A stretch of 64,000 nucleotides of DNA from Oscillospiraceae bacterium (GTDB lineage: Bacteria; Bacillota; Clostridia; Oscillospirales; CAG-272), in assembly GCA_015064395.1 (NCBI GenBank), contig SVSH01000010.1, positions 4,890 to 68,889 on the forward strand, read 5' to 3'. This document shows, in pieces, positions 25,598 through 35,516 of this stretch. The notes under the pieces are model-generated. The model did no database searches. It saw nothing but the letters and a program-made list of their open reading frames with translations, and was not told where the DNA came from. Both the position numbers and the translations under genes were made by a program. Every line of letters starts with the position of its first letter. The stretch's first letter is position 1.

Positions 25598-28585
25598 ATG
25601 GCAATCAACCCCCAATATAAAGTGAATAAGATGGCGAAGGACCTAGGCCTCAAGAGCAAGGATCTGTCGGACATTCTGGCCGATGCCGGCAAGGAAGTCA
25701 AGACACAGCGCACGCTGGAGCCGGTCGAATTCGATATCCTCTTTGAAACGCTGACCAGAAACAACCAGATCACCAATATCGAGGATTATCTGGACGGCGT
25801 GACCAAGATCCCCTCCAAGGTAACCAAAACGGCACAACCCGTCAAGGAGGAAGCTGCGCCCAAGGCTGAACCCAAGGTCGAGGCGAAGGCCGAACCCAAG
25901 GTGGAAACAAAGGCAGAGGTTAAGGCTGAGGATAAGCCGGCAGCTCCTGCCCCCAAGGCGGAAACAAAGACAGAGCCTAAGACGGAGGTCAAGGCAGCGC
26001 CTAAGGCTCATGCGACCCCTGCTGCGCCCAAGGCGGCACCTGCCGCACCCAAGGCCGAGGCCAAGCCGGCACCCAAGGCTCCCGCAGCCCCCGCCGCACC
26101 CAAGGCACCTGCAGCATCGACTGTTCCCAAGGCACCTGCGGCCCTCGCTGCCAAGCCGGCGCCCGCAACACGTCCTGCCGGACAGGGTCAGGGAGGCTAT
26201 GCACCCCGTCCCCAGGGTGGATACCAAAACAACAACGCTCCCCGCACACAGCAGGGCCAGGCTTCCGGTCAGGGAGGCTTCGGTCAGGCACGCAACCAGG
26301 GAGGCTTCAATAGCAACACCGGCAATCGCCCCGGACAGGGTTCTTTCGGCACGCAGAATCGCCCCGCGCAGGGCGGCTTTGGCTCCCAGAACCGTCCCGC
26401 ACAGGGAGGCTTTGGCGGCTTTGGCGGTGATCGCAACGATCGCGGCGGCAACCGTCCCCAGCAAAACCGTCCGGCACAGGGCGGCAAGGGCGGCAATCAT
26501 GCCGGCGGCGGATTTGATAAGGATAAGGAATACCAGCAAGTAGGCGGCCTCAAGGAGACCTTCCGTCCCCAGGCGACGATCCGTGTGACCAATACCAACA
26601 CCTCGCCCTCCCAGCGCGGTGGCACGAGAGTCGTCGATACCCGCGGCAGTGCGGCGTACGATCCCTCCAAGTACGATGAAAAGCTGGAGACCTTCGTATC
26701 CGAGCGTGACGAGGCTTTGCGCGGTGGCAATGGCGGCAAGATGAAGCGCCAGCAGCCCGGCGCGGCACGCGGTACGTCGAGCAAAAACAATTTCAAGGGC
26801 GGTAAGAACAAGAAGATGAACGAGCCGGCCCACATCCTGCCCACCAGCGTCACCCTGCCCGAGGAGATCATCGTAAGCGACCTGGCGTCGGCTCTTAAGG
26901 TCAAGACGGGTGAGGTCGTCAAGGCCCTGATGATGATGGGTATTATGGCGACGGTCAACCAGATCGTGGATTTTGATACGGCATATCTGGTTGCTGACTC
27001 GCTGGGCATCGCGGCCACCAAGCAGGTCGTCGTTTCTATCGAGGAAAAGCTGTTCGACGAGGCAGAGGATACCGAGGATGTACTCGAAACCCGCGCACCC
27101 GTTGTCTGTGTCATGGGTCACGTTGACCACGGTAAGACCTCGCTGCTGGATGCTATCCGTCACACCCACGTAACGGCGGGCGAGGCAGGCGGTATTACCC
27201 AGCACATCGGTGCCTACCGCGTTAAGGTCAAGGGTCAGGACATCACCTTCCTGGACACCCCCGGACACGAGGCGTTTACCGCTATGCGTGCCCGTGGTGC
27301 GCAGTCGACCGATATTGCTATTCTGGTCGTTGCGGCCGATGACGGTATCATGCCCCAGACCATTGAGGCTATTAACCACGCCAAGGCGGCAGGCATCGAT
27401 ATTATCGTTGCCATCAATAAAATGGATAAGCCCACGGCAAACCCCGAGCAGGTCAAGCAGGAATTGACCCAGTACGAGCTCGTCCCCGAGGAGTGGGGCG
27501 GCGACGTCATCTGTGTCCCCGTGTCTGCCATGACGGGTATGGGTATTGATGATCTGTTGGAGAACGTCCTGCTCGTGGCCGAGGTCAAGGATCTCAAGGC
27601 TAACCCCAATCGCCGTGCAAAGGGTCTTGTCATCGAGGCTAAGCTGGATAAGGGTCGCGGCCCTGTGGCGACGGTCCTGGTTCAGAACGGTACCCTGCAC
27701 GACGGCGATATCGTTATCGCCGGTACGGCAGTCGGCCGTGTCCGTGCCATGACGGACCACCGCGGTAAGGCCGTCAAGGCGGCCGGCCCCTCTGTTCCCG
27801 TTGAGATCATCGGTCTTGCCGAGGTTCCCACCGCAGGCGACGAATTCCAGGCGGTCGAGGACGAGCGTATGGCTCGTACCCTGGCCGACAATCGTAAGAA
27901 TAAGGCCAAGGAAGAGGGCTTCCGTGCCAATGCGCGCGCAAATCTGAACGATCTGTTCGCTCAGATCTCGGACGGCGTCAAGACGCTCAACGTCATCGTC
28001 AAGGCCGACGTGGTCGGCTCGGCCGAGGCCGTCAAGGCATCGCTGCTTAAGATCTCCAACGAAGAGGTCAAGGTCAGCGTTATCCACTCGGCGGCAGGCG
28101 GTATCAACGAGGGCGACGTCATGCTCGCGGCCGCTTCCAACGCCATCGTGGTCGGCTTTAACGTCCGTCCCGATAAGACGGCACTGGATAGTGCCGAGCG
28201 CCAGGGCGTCGACATTCGCACCTACCGCGTCATTTACGACTGTATCGAGGAGATCACGGCCGCTATGAAGGGTATGCTGGCTCCCAAGTTCGTCGAGGCT
28301 CTGCAGGGTCACGCCGAGGTCCGTCAGACCATCCACGTGCCCGGTGTCGGAACCATTGCCGGCTCGTACGTCACCGACGGTAAGATCACCCGCGCTTGCA
28401 AGATCCGCGTTCTGCGCGACAGCGTCGTGATCTTCGAGGACGAGGTGTCCTCGCTCAAGAGATTCAAGGACGATGCCCGCGAGGTAGCCCAGGGCTACGA
28501 GTGCGGTATCGGTCTTGAAAAGTTCAACGATATCAAGGTAGGCGACGTACTCGAGGCCTACATCATGGAAGAAGTCAAGGCGTAA
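25598..28585 (+). CDS. infB: translation initiation factor IF-2
   Basis: 995 aa from MAINPQYK (AGGAGG RBS). G-domain [17 protein letters not shown] and NKMD. Long low-complexity N-terminal region. Confidence 0.97.
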   Translation: MAINPQYKVNKMAKDLGLKSKDLSDILADAGKEVKTQRTLEPVEFDILFETLTRNNQITNIEDYLDGVTKIPSKVTKTAQPVKEEAAPKAEPKVEAKAEPKVETKAEVKAEDKPAAPAPKAETKTEPKTEVKAAPKAHATPAAPKAAPAAPKAEAKPAPKAPAAPAAPKAPAASTVPKAPAALAAKPAPATRPAGQGQGGYAPRPQGGYQNNNAPRTQQGQASGQGGFGQARNQGGFNSNTGNRPGQGSFGTQNRPAQGGFGSQNRPAQGGFGGFGGDRNDRGGNRPQQNRPAQGGKGGNHAGGGFDKDKEYQQVGGLKETFRPQATIRVTNTNTSPSQRGGTRVVDTRGSAAYDPSKYDEKLETFVSERDEALRGGNGGKMKRQQPGAARGTSSKNNFKGGKNKKMNEPAHILPTSVTLPEEIIVSDLASALKVKTGEVVKALMMMGIMATVNQIVDFDTAYLVADSLGIAATKQVVVSIEEKLFDEAEDTEDVLETRAPVVCVMGHVDHGKTSLLDAIRHTHVTAGEAGGITQHIGAYRVKVKGQDITFLDTPGHEAFTAMRARGAQSTDIAILVVAADDGIMPQTIEAINHAKAAGIDIIVAINKMDKPTANPEQVKQELTQYELVPEEWGGDVICVPVSAMTGMGIDDLLENVLLVAEVKDLKANPNRRAKGLVIEAKLDKGRGPVATVLVQNGTLHDGDIVIAGTAVGRVRAMTDHRGKAVKAAGPSVPVEIIGLAEVPTAGDEFQAVEDERMARTLADNRKNKAKEEGFRANARANLNDLFAQISDGVKTLNVIVKADVVGSAEAVKASLLKISNEEVKVSVIHSAAGGINEGDVMLAAASNAIVVGFNVRPDKTALDSAERQGVDIRTYRVIYDCIEEITAAMKGMLAPKFVEALQGHAEVRQTIHVPGVGTIAGSYVTDGKITRACKIRVLRDSVVIFEDEVSSLKRFKDDAREVAQGYECGIGLEKFNDIKVGDVLEAYIMEEVKA

Positions 28586-28614
28586 GACCTTGACAGAAAG
28601 GAGGAACGGTATCC

Positions 28615-29058
28615 GTGATCTGCGATCGATTTGAAAAATCCTGCGGTGCGCTTGTCATCCGACACGACGCGGGACAAAACGAAGATTATATTCTGATGAT
28701 CCGACACCGCCCGGGCGGCTACCGTTCCTTTCCCAAGGGACACGTAGAGGCCGGAGAGACCGAGAGGGAAACGGCTGTGCGTGAGGTGCTCGAGGAGACC
28801 TCGGTGCACATCACCATTCTGCCCGATTTCCGCCACGTCGTGTGCTATACGCCGGCGCCGGGCGTGGAAAAGGAGGTCGTCTACTTTTTGGCGGCCACCG
28901 AGCAGATCGACATCCGTCCCCGCCATGGCGAGATCGCCCAGGTGGAATGGGTGCCGCTGGAGAGAGCCGAGCGGTGTCTGACGCACGACAACGATAAGCG
29001 GGTGCTCAAGGCGGCGCTCCATAAGCTGCAAAGCATCGCACAAAACACAGGAAAGTAA
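28615..29058 (+). CDS. NUDIX hydrolase
   Basis: 147 aa with a GTG start after AAAGGAGG. Nudix box GHVEAGETERETAVREVLEETSV. Confidence 0.8.
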   Translation: MICDRFEKSCGALVIRHDAGQNEDYILMIRHRPGGYRSFPKGHVEAGETERETAVREVLEETSVHITILPDFRHVVCYTPAPGVEKEVVYFLAATEQIDIRPRHGEIAQVEWVPLERAERCLTHDNDKRVLKAALHKLQSIAQNTGK

Positions 29059-29068
29059 GGATCTTGTT

Positions 29069-30313
29069 ATGAATAAAACCGTACTCAAAAATTATGCCAA
29101 GCTGTTGGCTGTCAAGGGACTGAACGTTCGCCGCGGCGATGAAGTTATCATCACGGCCGAGCTGGATCAGCCCGAATTCGTGGAGCTGGTGGTGCGCGAG
29201 TGCTATCGCGCCGGCGCCGAACGGGTCAACGTGGAGTGGTCGCATCAGCCGCTTCAGAAAATGCACGTCAATTACCGCCCCCTCAAGGTGCTCTCGCGCG
29301 TAGAGGAGTGGGAAAAGGCCAAGCTGCAGCACCGTGTGGACAAGCTGCCCGCCATGCTGTATCTGATATCGGCCGACCCCGACGGCCTTGCCGGCATGAA
29401 CCAGGCAAAGAATTCCAAGGCGATGCAGGCGCGCTACGGCATCATCAAGCCCTATCGCGAGGCCATGGACAACAAATATAAGTGGTGCATCGCGGCAGTC
29501 CCCGGCAAGGCCTGGGCCAAAAAGATGTTCCCCGGTGTGAGAGCCGGCGTTGCGATGGAAAAGCAGTGGGAGGCGATCCTCTACACCGTCCGTATGACCA
29601 AAACTTTGGGCGGCGAGCCCCAGGATGGCATCGCGGCCTGGGAGGAGCACAACGCGCAGTTCCACAAGAGATGCGAGTATATGAACTCTCTTGGCATCGA
29701 GTCACTGGAATATCACGCGGCTAACGGAACGAATCTCACCGTCGGCATGATGCCCGAGGGTCAGTTCTGCGGCGGCTCCGAGTGGACGCTGGGCGGCGAG
29801 GAGTTCAATCCCAATATGCCCACCGAGGAGCTGTTCGTTACCCCCAAGAGAGGCGTAGCCGAGGGTATCGTGTATTCCTCCAAGCCCCTGTCCTATCGCG
29901 GACAGATCATCGATAACTTCTGGATCCGCTTCCACGAGGGCAAGGCTGTTGAGGCGCACGCCGAGCAGAACAACGATCTGCTTCAGCAGATGATCACCAT
30001 GGACGAGGGCGCGGCCTATCTTGGCGAGTGCGCGCTGGTGCCGTACCATTCGCCCATTTCCCAGAGCGGACTGACCTTCTTTGAGACGCTGTTTGACGAG
30101 AACGCCGCCTGCCACCTGGCCATGGGCGCGGGCTTTACCAACACGGTCAAGGATTACGACAAGTATTCGCTGGAGCAGCTGCGCGAGATGGGCGTCAACG
30201 ACTCGATGATCCACGTCGATTTCATGATCGGTACGGAGGATCTGTCGGTCGTGGCACATACCCGCGACGGACGCAGCATCCCGCTGTTTGAAAACGGCGA
30301 TTGGGCGTTTTAA
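29069..30313 (+). CDS. M29 family aminopeptidase (AmpS/PepS-like)
   Basis: 414 aa. The N-terminus ...NYAKLLAVKGLNVRRGDEV and overall layout are typical of thermophilic-type aminopeptidase II. Confidence 0.85.
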   Translation: MNKTVLKNYAKLLAVKGLNVRRGDEVIITAELDQPEFVELVVRECYRAGAERVNVEWSHQPLQKMHVNYRPLKVLSRVEEWEKAKLQHRVDKLPAMLYLISADPDGLAGMNQAKNSKAMQARYGIIKPYREAMDNKYKWCIAAVPGKAWAKKMFPGVRAGVAMEKQWEAILYTVRMTKTLGGEPQDGIAAWEEHNAQFHKRCEYMNSLGIESLEYHAANGTNLTVGMMPEGQFCGGSEWTLGGEEFNPNMPTEELFVTPKRGVAEGIVYSSKPLSYRGQIIDNFWIRFHEGKAVEAHAEQNNDLLQQMITMDEGAAYLGECALVPYHSPISQSGLTFFETLFDENAACHLAMGAGFTNTVKDYDKYSLEQLREMGVNDSMIHVDFMIGTEDLSVVAHTRDGRSIPLFENGDWAF

Positions 30314-30320
30314 CTGCATA

Positions 30321-30358
30321 CAAAACGAGGGAGACCCGTGAGTCTCCCTCGTTTTTTG
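30321..30358. terminator. bidirectional rho-independent terminator
   Basis: ACGAGGGAGAC-CCGTG-AGTCTCCCTCGT followed by TTTTTT. Confidence 0.85.
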
Positions 30359-30373
30359 TATATGAATTACCGA

Positions 30374-31258
30374 CTATCCCTCAAACGTCGGCGTATAGGC
30401 CGCACTTGCCGAGGTTCTTTGCTGGACAAAGCCGCGAAAGCCGTATTTTTCGACCTCGCGGACGACGCTTTCGTATTCCAAGGAGGTGATGCGACGGCGC
30501 AGATTTTCGTGCGGGCAGTCCTCGGGGAGGAAATCGGGGGTGTACTGACTCATCAGGCTGAGCAGAAAATCATCGGGGGTGAACATGGTGGACAGCTGTT
30601 CCATCACGGCAATGGAATCCTTGCGGCAGCCGGGCAGCACCAGATGTCGCACGAGCAGGCCGCGGGTCATCATGCCGCTCTCCCCGTCAACCACAGGACG
30701 ACCGACCTGCTGTTGCATGCGCAAAATGGCGGCCTTGGCGACCTTGAAATAGTCGCGCGCGCCCGAATACTCGGCCGACAGCTTGGGGGAGTAGTATTTC
30801 AGATCGGGCATATAGATGTCGACAAGGCCCTCCAGCGCGTCAATCGTCTCGACCGACTCATAGCCGCCGCAGTTGTACACGACGGGCACGTAAAGCTGTC
30901 GTCTCACGCGACCCAAGGCCTCGACGACCTGGGGCGCATAATGACTGGGTGTGACCAAATTGATGTTGTGGGCGCCCTGGCGTTGCAGTTCGAGCATGCG
31001 CTCGCCTAAATCCTTGACGGTCATCTCACGCCCCTTGGCGTTGTGGCTGACCTCGTAATTCTGACAGTAAACGCAACGGAGGTTACAGCCCGCAAAAAAG
31101 ATGGTTCCCGAGCCGCGACTCCCGCTGATGATGGGCTCCTCCCAAAGATGGAGCGCACAGCGTGCGATACGCACCGTGGCGTCGACACCGCAATATCCTC
31201 TCTGGCCTGCCGCGCGGTCGACCGAGCAGTGGCGCGGACATGCTTGACACAGACTCAT
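30374..31258 (-). CDS. radical SAM protein (PflX-like pyruvate formate-lyase-activase homolog)
   Basis: 294 aa from MSLCQAC (AAGGAGGG RBS). CNLRCVYC is the CxxxCxxC cluster. Confidence 0.8.
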   Translation of the reverse strand: MSLCQACPRHCSVDRAAGQRGYCGVDATVRIARCALHLWEEPIISGSRGSGTIFFAGCNLRCVYCQNYEVSHNAKGREMTVKDLGERMLELQRQGAHNINLVTPSHYAPQVVEALGRVRRQLYVPVVYNCGGYESVETIDALEGLVDIYMPDLKYYSPKLSAEYSGARDYFKVAKAAILRMQQQVGRPVVDGESGMMTRGLLVRHLVLPGCRKDSIAVMEQLSTMFTPDDFLLSLMSQYTPDFLPEDCPHENLRRRITSLEYESVVREVEKYGFRGFVQQRTSASAAYTPTFEG

Positions 31259-31394
31259 AAACGTCCCTCCTTGAACCGATACTTGATAAAAAAAGTATAG
31301 CACAGCTCGCGAGAAAAATCAACTCCCTCTTTACTTTTTTGCCACTTTGTGCTATACTGTGATGAATTATTTTACAAAAAGGAGCGTGGGGACG

Positions 31395-32669
31395 ATGAAC
31401 GAGACCATCCGAACAGCGGAAATTTTGTGCGTGGGGACGGAGCTCTTGCTGGGAGATATCACCAATACCAACGCGGCGTTTTTGTCCCGCCGACTGGCCG
31501 AGCTCGGCATCGGTGTGTATCATCAAAGTGTGGTGGGGGATCACCCCGGACGCCTTCGCGACGCCCTCCATTTGGCACTCTCCCGCGCCGATCTGGTCAT
31601 CACCTCGGGCGGCCTTGGGCCCACGTACGACGACATCACCCGCGAGGTCGTGGCCGATGCGCTTGGACTTGACCTTTTGCTCGATGAGAGCATTCTGACC
31701 GGCATCCGGGACTATTTTGCCCGCACGGGACGGGTGATGACAGACAACAACCGCCGCCAGGCCATGGTGCCGCGTGGCGCGACGGTTCTTCCCAATGAGC
31801 AGGGAACTGCCCCCGGGCTGATGGTTAGAGACGCGGCACGTGGCAAAACGGTCATTCTCTTGCCCGGCCCTCCCCGCGAGCTGAAGCCCATGTTTGATCA
31901 CTACGCGATGCCCTATCTGCGCGAGCGCACCGATTGCGTTCTGATCAGTAAAAACGTCCATATTTTTGGTATGGGTGAGAGCGCAGTGGAGGATATTTTG
32001 CGCGATATGATGGAAAAGGGGCAAAATCCTACCGTCGCCCCTTATTGTCAGGCGGGCGAGGTGAGATTGCGGGTCACCGCCAAGGCGAGCAACGAGCAGA
32101 GTGCCAAAGTCATGTGCGACGAGACGATCGAGCGCATTCGAAATAGCGCGGTCGGCCCCTGCATTTACGCTGTGACCGACGCCCGCGACGGGGACTATTC
32201 CCTGGAGACCGCCGTGATCGGAGCGCTTTTGGAGGCAGGAAAAACAGTTGCCACCGCCGAATCCTGCACGGGCGGCCTGATTGCCAAGCGGCTGACGGAC
32301 ATTCCCGGCTCGTCGGCCGTCGTCAAGGGTGGCTTTGTCACCTACACCAACGAAATGAAGATCGCACTTTTGGGTGTCTGCCCAGAGACGATCGCGCAGT
32401 ATACCGAATTGAGTGAGCAGACGGCGCGCGAGATGGCACGCGGCGCGAGAGTCAGAACAGGAGCGGACATCGCCGTCTCGACCACGGGACTGGCAGGACC
32501 GGGCGGCGGCACGGATGCGTGCCCCGTTGGTACCGTGTTTGTCGGCGTGAGTAGAGAAGATGGGGAAGAGGTCGTGCGCCTGACGCTATCGCCCGACCGC
32601 TCGCGCGAGTATATCCGCACCCTGGCGGCGTCGCACGCCCTGTCCCGCATTTTGAAGTGTTTGGTCTGA
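31395..32669 (+). CDS. cinA: competence/damage-inducible protein CinA (MoCF-binding domain + nicotinamide-nucleotide amidohydrolase PncC domain)
   Basis: 424 aa from MNETIRTAEIL. Motifs GTELLLGDITNTN and C-terminal ESCTGG. Confidence 0.9.
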   Translation: MNETIRTAEILCVGTELLLGDITNTNAAFLSRRLAELGIGVYHQSVVGDHPGRLRDALHLALSRADLVITSGGLGPTYDDITREVVADALGLDLLLDESILTGIRDYFARTGRVMTDNNRRQAMVPRGATVLPNEQGTAPGLMVRDAARGKTVILLPGPPRELKPMFDHYAMPYLRERTDCVLISKNVHIFGMGESAVEDILRDMMEKGQNPTVAPYCQAGEVRLRVTAKASNEQSAKVMCDETIERIRNSAVGPCIYAVTDARDGDYSLETAVIGALLEAGKTVATAESCTGGLIAKRLTDIPGSSAVVKGGFVTYTNEMKIALLGVCPETIAQYTELSEQTAREMARGARVRTGADIAVSTTGLAGPGGGTDACPVGTVFVGVSREDGEEVVRLTLSPDRSREYIRTLAASHALSRILKCLV

Positions 32670-32717
32670 AACTTTGGTAAAAAAATGTCAAATCGTGAAA
32701 AAAAGACGGTAAAATCT

Positions 32718-32746
32718 CTTGATTTTTCACGCAAGATAGGGTACAA
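32718..32746 (+). promoter_or_regulatory. sigma-A-type promoter for pfkA
   Basis: TTGATT (32718-32723), 17-nt spacer, TACAAT (32741-32746). Confidence 0.5.
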
Positions 32747-32814
32747 TAATAAAAGCGTTTTTTGGTGCCTGTGGCACCGCACAGTTTTGTAAAAAAAGAG
32801 AGGTCACATATAAA

Positions 32815-33891
32815 ATGGCAAAATTCAGAAAAATCGGTATATTAACCTCGGGTGGCGATGCTCCCGGTATGAACGCGGCGGTTCGTGCCGTGGCACGTGA
32901 GGCCATGCACGAGGGCGTGCAGGTCGTTGGCATCCGCGAGGGCTATCAGGGCCTGATCGAGGGCAACGTGTTTGATATGACGACGCACGACGTCTCCGGT
33001 ATCATCACCCACGGCGGCACCGTGCTGTACTCCAGCCGCAGCCCCATGTTTATGACGGACGAGGGCATGAAAATGGCCCTGGATACCTGCGAGAAGAACA
33101 ACATTGATGCCATCGTAGCGCTGGGCGGCGACGGTACCTTCCGCGGTGCCACCAAGCTGACCCACAACGGCATTCCCTCCATCGGCATTCCCTGTACCAT
33201 CGACAACGACATTACCGCCACCGAGCACACCATCGGCTTTGATACGGCCATGAATACGGTGCTGGGCATGGTAGACGCACTGCGTGAGACCTGCGAGTCG
33301 CACAAGAGATGTAACGTCATCGAAGTTATGGGCCGCGACTGCGGTCTGATCGCACTGCACACGGGTTTGACCACGGGCGCTTTGGCCATTGCCATTCCCG
33401 AGATGCCCTTTGACGAGGACTTTGCCATTGGCAAGCTGGCCTCTGCCCGCGCACAGGGCAAGAGAGGTCTGATCGCGCTGGCGAGCGAGGGCATGAAGCC
33501 GGTCGGTGATCACAAGTACAGCGAGTATTTTGCCGAGCAGATCGAAAAGCGTACCGGCATTGAGACTAAATTTGCCCGTTGCGGACACATTATCCGCGGC
33601 GGTGCGCCCACACTGCGCGACCGTTTGATCGCGACGGCTATGGGCTATGCGGCGGTTCAGGAGCTGCTGGCAGGCAAGAGCAATGAGGTCATGTGTATTG
33701 TGGACGGTAAGATCGCGCCGGTTGAGATCAACTATGCGCTGATCCTTGATCGTATGTACAAGGGCAGACTGCAGGATGGTGACCTGGATCAGTTCACGCA
33801 GGAGCAGCTGGCGTCCATGAAGGAGACCTGCCGCGTACGCCGGCGTGAGATTGAATATTTGTATCAGATGGCGAATAGTATCAGCTTCTGA
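32815..33891 (+). CDS. pfkA: ATP-dependent 6-phosphofructokinase
   Basis: 358 aa. Motifs GILTSGGDAPGMNAA, GGDGT and PCTIDND. Confidence 0.95.
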   Translation: MAKFRKIGILTSGGDAPGMNAAVRAVAREAMHEGVQVVGIREGYQGLIEGNVFDMTTHDVSGIITHGGTVLYSSRSPMFMTDEGMKMALDTCEKNNIDAIVALGGDGTFRGATKLTHNGIPSIGIPCTIDNDITATEHTIGFDTAMNTVLGMVDALRETCESHKRCNVIEVMGRDCGLIALHTGLTTGALAIAIPEMPFDEDFAIGKLASARAQGKRGLIALASEGMKPVGDHKYSEYFAEQIEKRTGIETKFARCGHIIRGGAPTLRDRLIATAMGYAAVQELLAGKSNEVMCIVDGKIAPVEINYALILDRMYKGRLQDGDLDQFTQEQLASMKETCRVRRREIEYLYQMANSISF

Positions 33892-33901
33892 TGGAGAAAG
33901 C

Positions 33902-33940
33902 AAAAGGAGAATTTCGATGAGAAATTCTCCTTTTGTTATT
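33902..33940 (+). terminator. rho-independent terminator of pfkA
   Basis: AAAAGGAGAATTTC-GATG-AGAAATTCTCCTTTT followed by GTTATT. Confidence 0.8.
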
Positions 33941-33946
33941 GGAGAT

Positions 33947-34631
33947 TTTTGAATTTTTAACAACTGCTCCTACGGATGGGCGCGACACAACGCGTCGCGC
34001 TGTGCGTGGATGCCTATTCTTTGCCTTGTCGCAAAGAATAGGCGAAGAAAAGACACTTAAGGGCCTAATGCCCTTAAGAAACCCGCAAAAATTTTCTCTT
34101 TCGCTATCTTTTGGTGGTTACCAAAAGGCAATATTGCATCTGCAACTCTTGCGAAACAAAATCCAAAGATTTTGTTTCTATTGCAAGCAGGCGAGTACCC
34201 TCCGCTTCATCCCGTGCTGCGCTTCAAAACGAAAGAAGAGAAGAACAGCTATGTTGTTTATGCGCTATTCAAGGGTAGCTATCACGCGCGGCAGGCGTAA
34301 TAAGCGAAAATTTTTGGTGAAATGGGGCGCGGAAAGCAGGAGCAAAATTTTTTCAAAAGCGTCTTGCGTGCTACTTCCGTGAGGGCAAGTTTTTTTAACT
34401 TGCCCTCGCGAACGCTGAAGTTGCTCACTTTTGCGCCACGATCAGGCAAAATTCATTTTGCCGTGGCGCACGGCGGGGTTCTAAGGGGCTTGCCCCTTAG
34501 TCCGTTTTCTTGGTTCGTTCTTTGTCGGAGGGCAAAGAATGAACATCAAAAACTGCACAGCGAGCGCGCACAACTCGACGAAGTCGAGGTGGGCAGTGTG
34601 AGCGTCAAAAGAAGAAGTTGTTGGAATTTTA
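33947..34631 (-). repeat. modular repeat element, locus R4 (degenerate long form)
   Basis: Left end TTTTGAATTTTTAACAACTGCTCC. Contains TTCTTTG/CAAAGAA hairpins at 34012-34043 and 34513-34544, and CTTAAGGG/CCCTTAAG and CTAAGGGG/CCCCTTAG hairpins. Right end ...AAAAGAAGAAGTTGTTGGAATTTTAA overlaps the XRE stop codon. Confidence 0.85.
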
Positions 34632-34847
34632 ATTCAACTTCCTCGGCTCATTTGTAAATCCAGCAAGATAGTCCAATGATACGTTATAAAATTTAGCCAA
34701 AGCAATAGCAATGCAAAAAGGAACCTCCTGCTCGCCGCGTTCATAGCGAGCATAGGTCGTTGTATATAGGCCGAGGGCTTCGGCAATTTGACGTTGGCTG
34801 ATATCGTGATCTTCTCTTAAATCGTGTAATCTTAAATAATCAAACAT
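34629..34847 (-). CDS. XRE-family helix-turn-helix transcriptional regulator
   Basis: 72 aa from the internal Met MFDYLRLHDLREDHDISQRQIAEALG. The upstream extension in the track ORF is repeat-derived. Confidence 0.8.
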   Translation of the reverse strand: MFDYLRLHDLREDHDISQRQIAEALGLYTTTYARYERGEQEVPFCIAIALAKFYNVSLDYLAGFTNEPRKLN

Positions 34848-34940
34848 ATATTTACTCCGAAAACAAAGATTGTGCTGACTCCATTCTACCATAAAGAAAG
34901 AAAAAGTGTTGAAAATACATACAAAAATATGTATAAAAAA

Positions 34941-35055
34941 TTCTCCTACGGCCTCGCCCAGCTTCGCGCGCTCGGTAAATGTGTTTTTTGTCACTTCTTG
35001 GCGCGCCCCAAGAAGTGACCAAGAAGCGCGCCCAGGCGTTCCCCCTGGGAACCCC
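34941..35055. repeat. repeat-element fragment, locus R5 (a left-end portion)
   Basis: TTCTCCTACGGCCTCGCCCAGCTTCGCGCGCTCGG, then CACTTCTTGG/CCAAGAAGTG, then CCCAGG-CGTTCCC-CCTGGG. It matches the R10 left end minus its first ~10 nt. Confidence 0.8.
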
Positions 35056-35174
35056 CTGCTGCTGCTTTGTTCAAAGTTTGTTTACAAACACAAAATTGTG
35101 TTATTTTCAAGCAGAAAAATCTATTTTATGATATCATTGGAATACCGCAATAAAAACAAAAAAGGAGAACAATA

Positions 35175-35447
35175 ATGTCCCCCACCATCAACGACCTTTG
35201 GAACGGTAATATCTGCGAACTCGAAGCCTGTGGCTCCTTACCTCATATCCTCCAAAATGAAAATCGTCTTGGCGCGAAAATCGAAAAGCTCAGAGAAACC
35301 CTTCCCGACAGTCACAAAAAACTCTTTGAACAATTCCTTGAAGCCATGTATGAAAATAACTCTGACTATGCCGAGGAAGCTTTCGCTCGCGGCCTCTCCC
35401 TCGGCATCCGTCTGTGCTCGGAGGCGTGGACACAAAAAGCAACCTAA
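35175..35447 (+). CDS. small helical protein resembling the DUF6809 family (often paired with XRE regulators on Clostridia mobile elements)
   Basis: 90 aa. The pattern LWNGNI...KL...LF..F......N....E.AF..G..LG.RL is recalled from that family. The assignment is from memory and not verified. Confidence 0.45.
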   Translation: MSPTINDLWNGNICELEACGSLPHILQNENRLGAKIEKLRETLPDSHKKLFEQFLEAMYENNSDYAEEAFARGLSLGIRLCSEAWTQKAT

Positions 35448-35474
35448 CTTTACTCCATTTGTCGCCATACAAAT

Positions 35475-35516
35475 CAAAAAAGGCAGAAGACTTGCATCTT
35501 CTGCCTTACCTTTTTA
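35475..35516. terminator. bidirectional terminator
   Basis: AAAAA-AGGCAGAAGA-CTTGCA-TCTTCTGCCT-TACCTTTTT between convergent genes. Confidence 0.75.
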
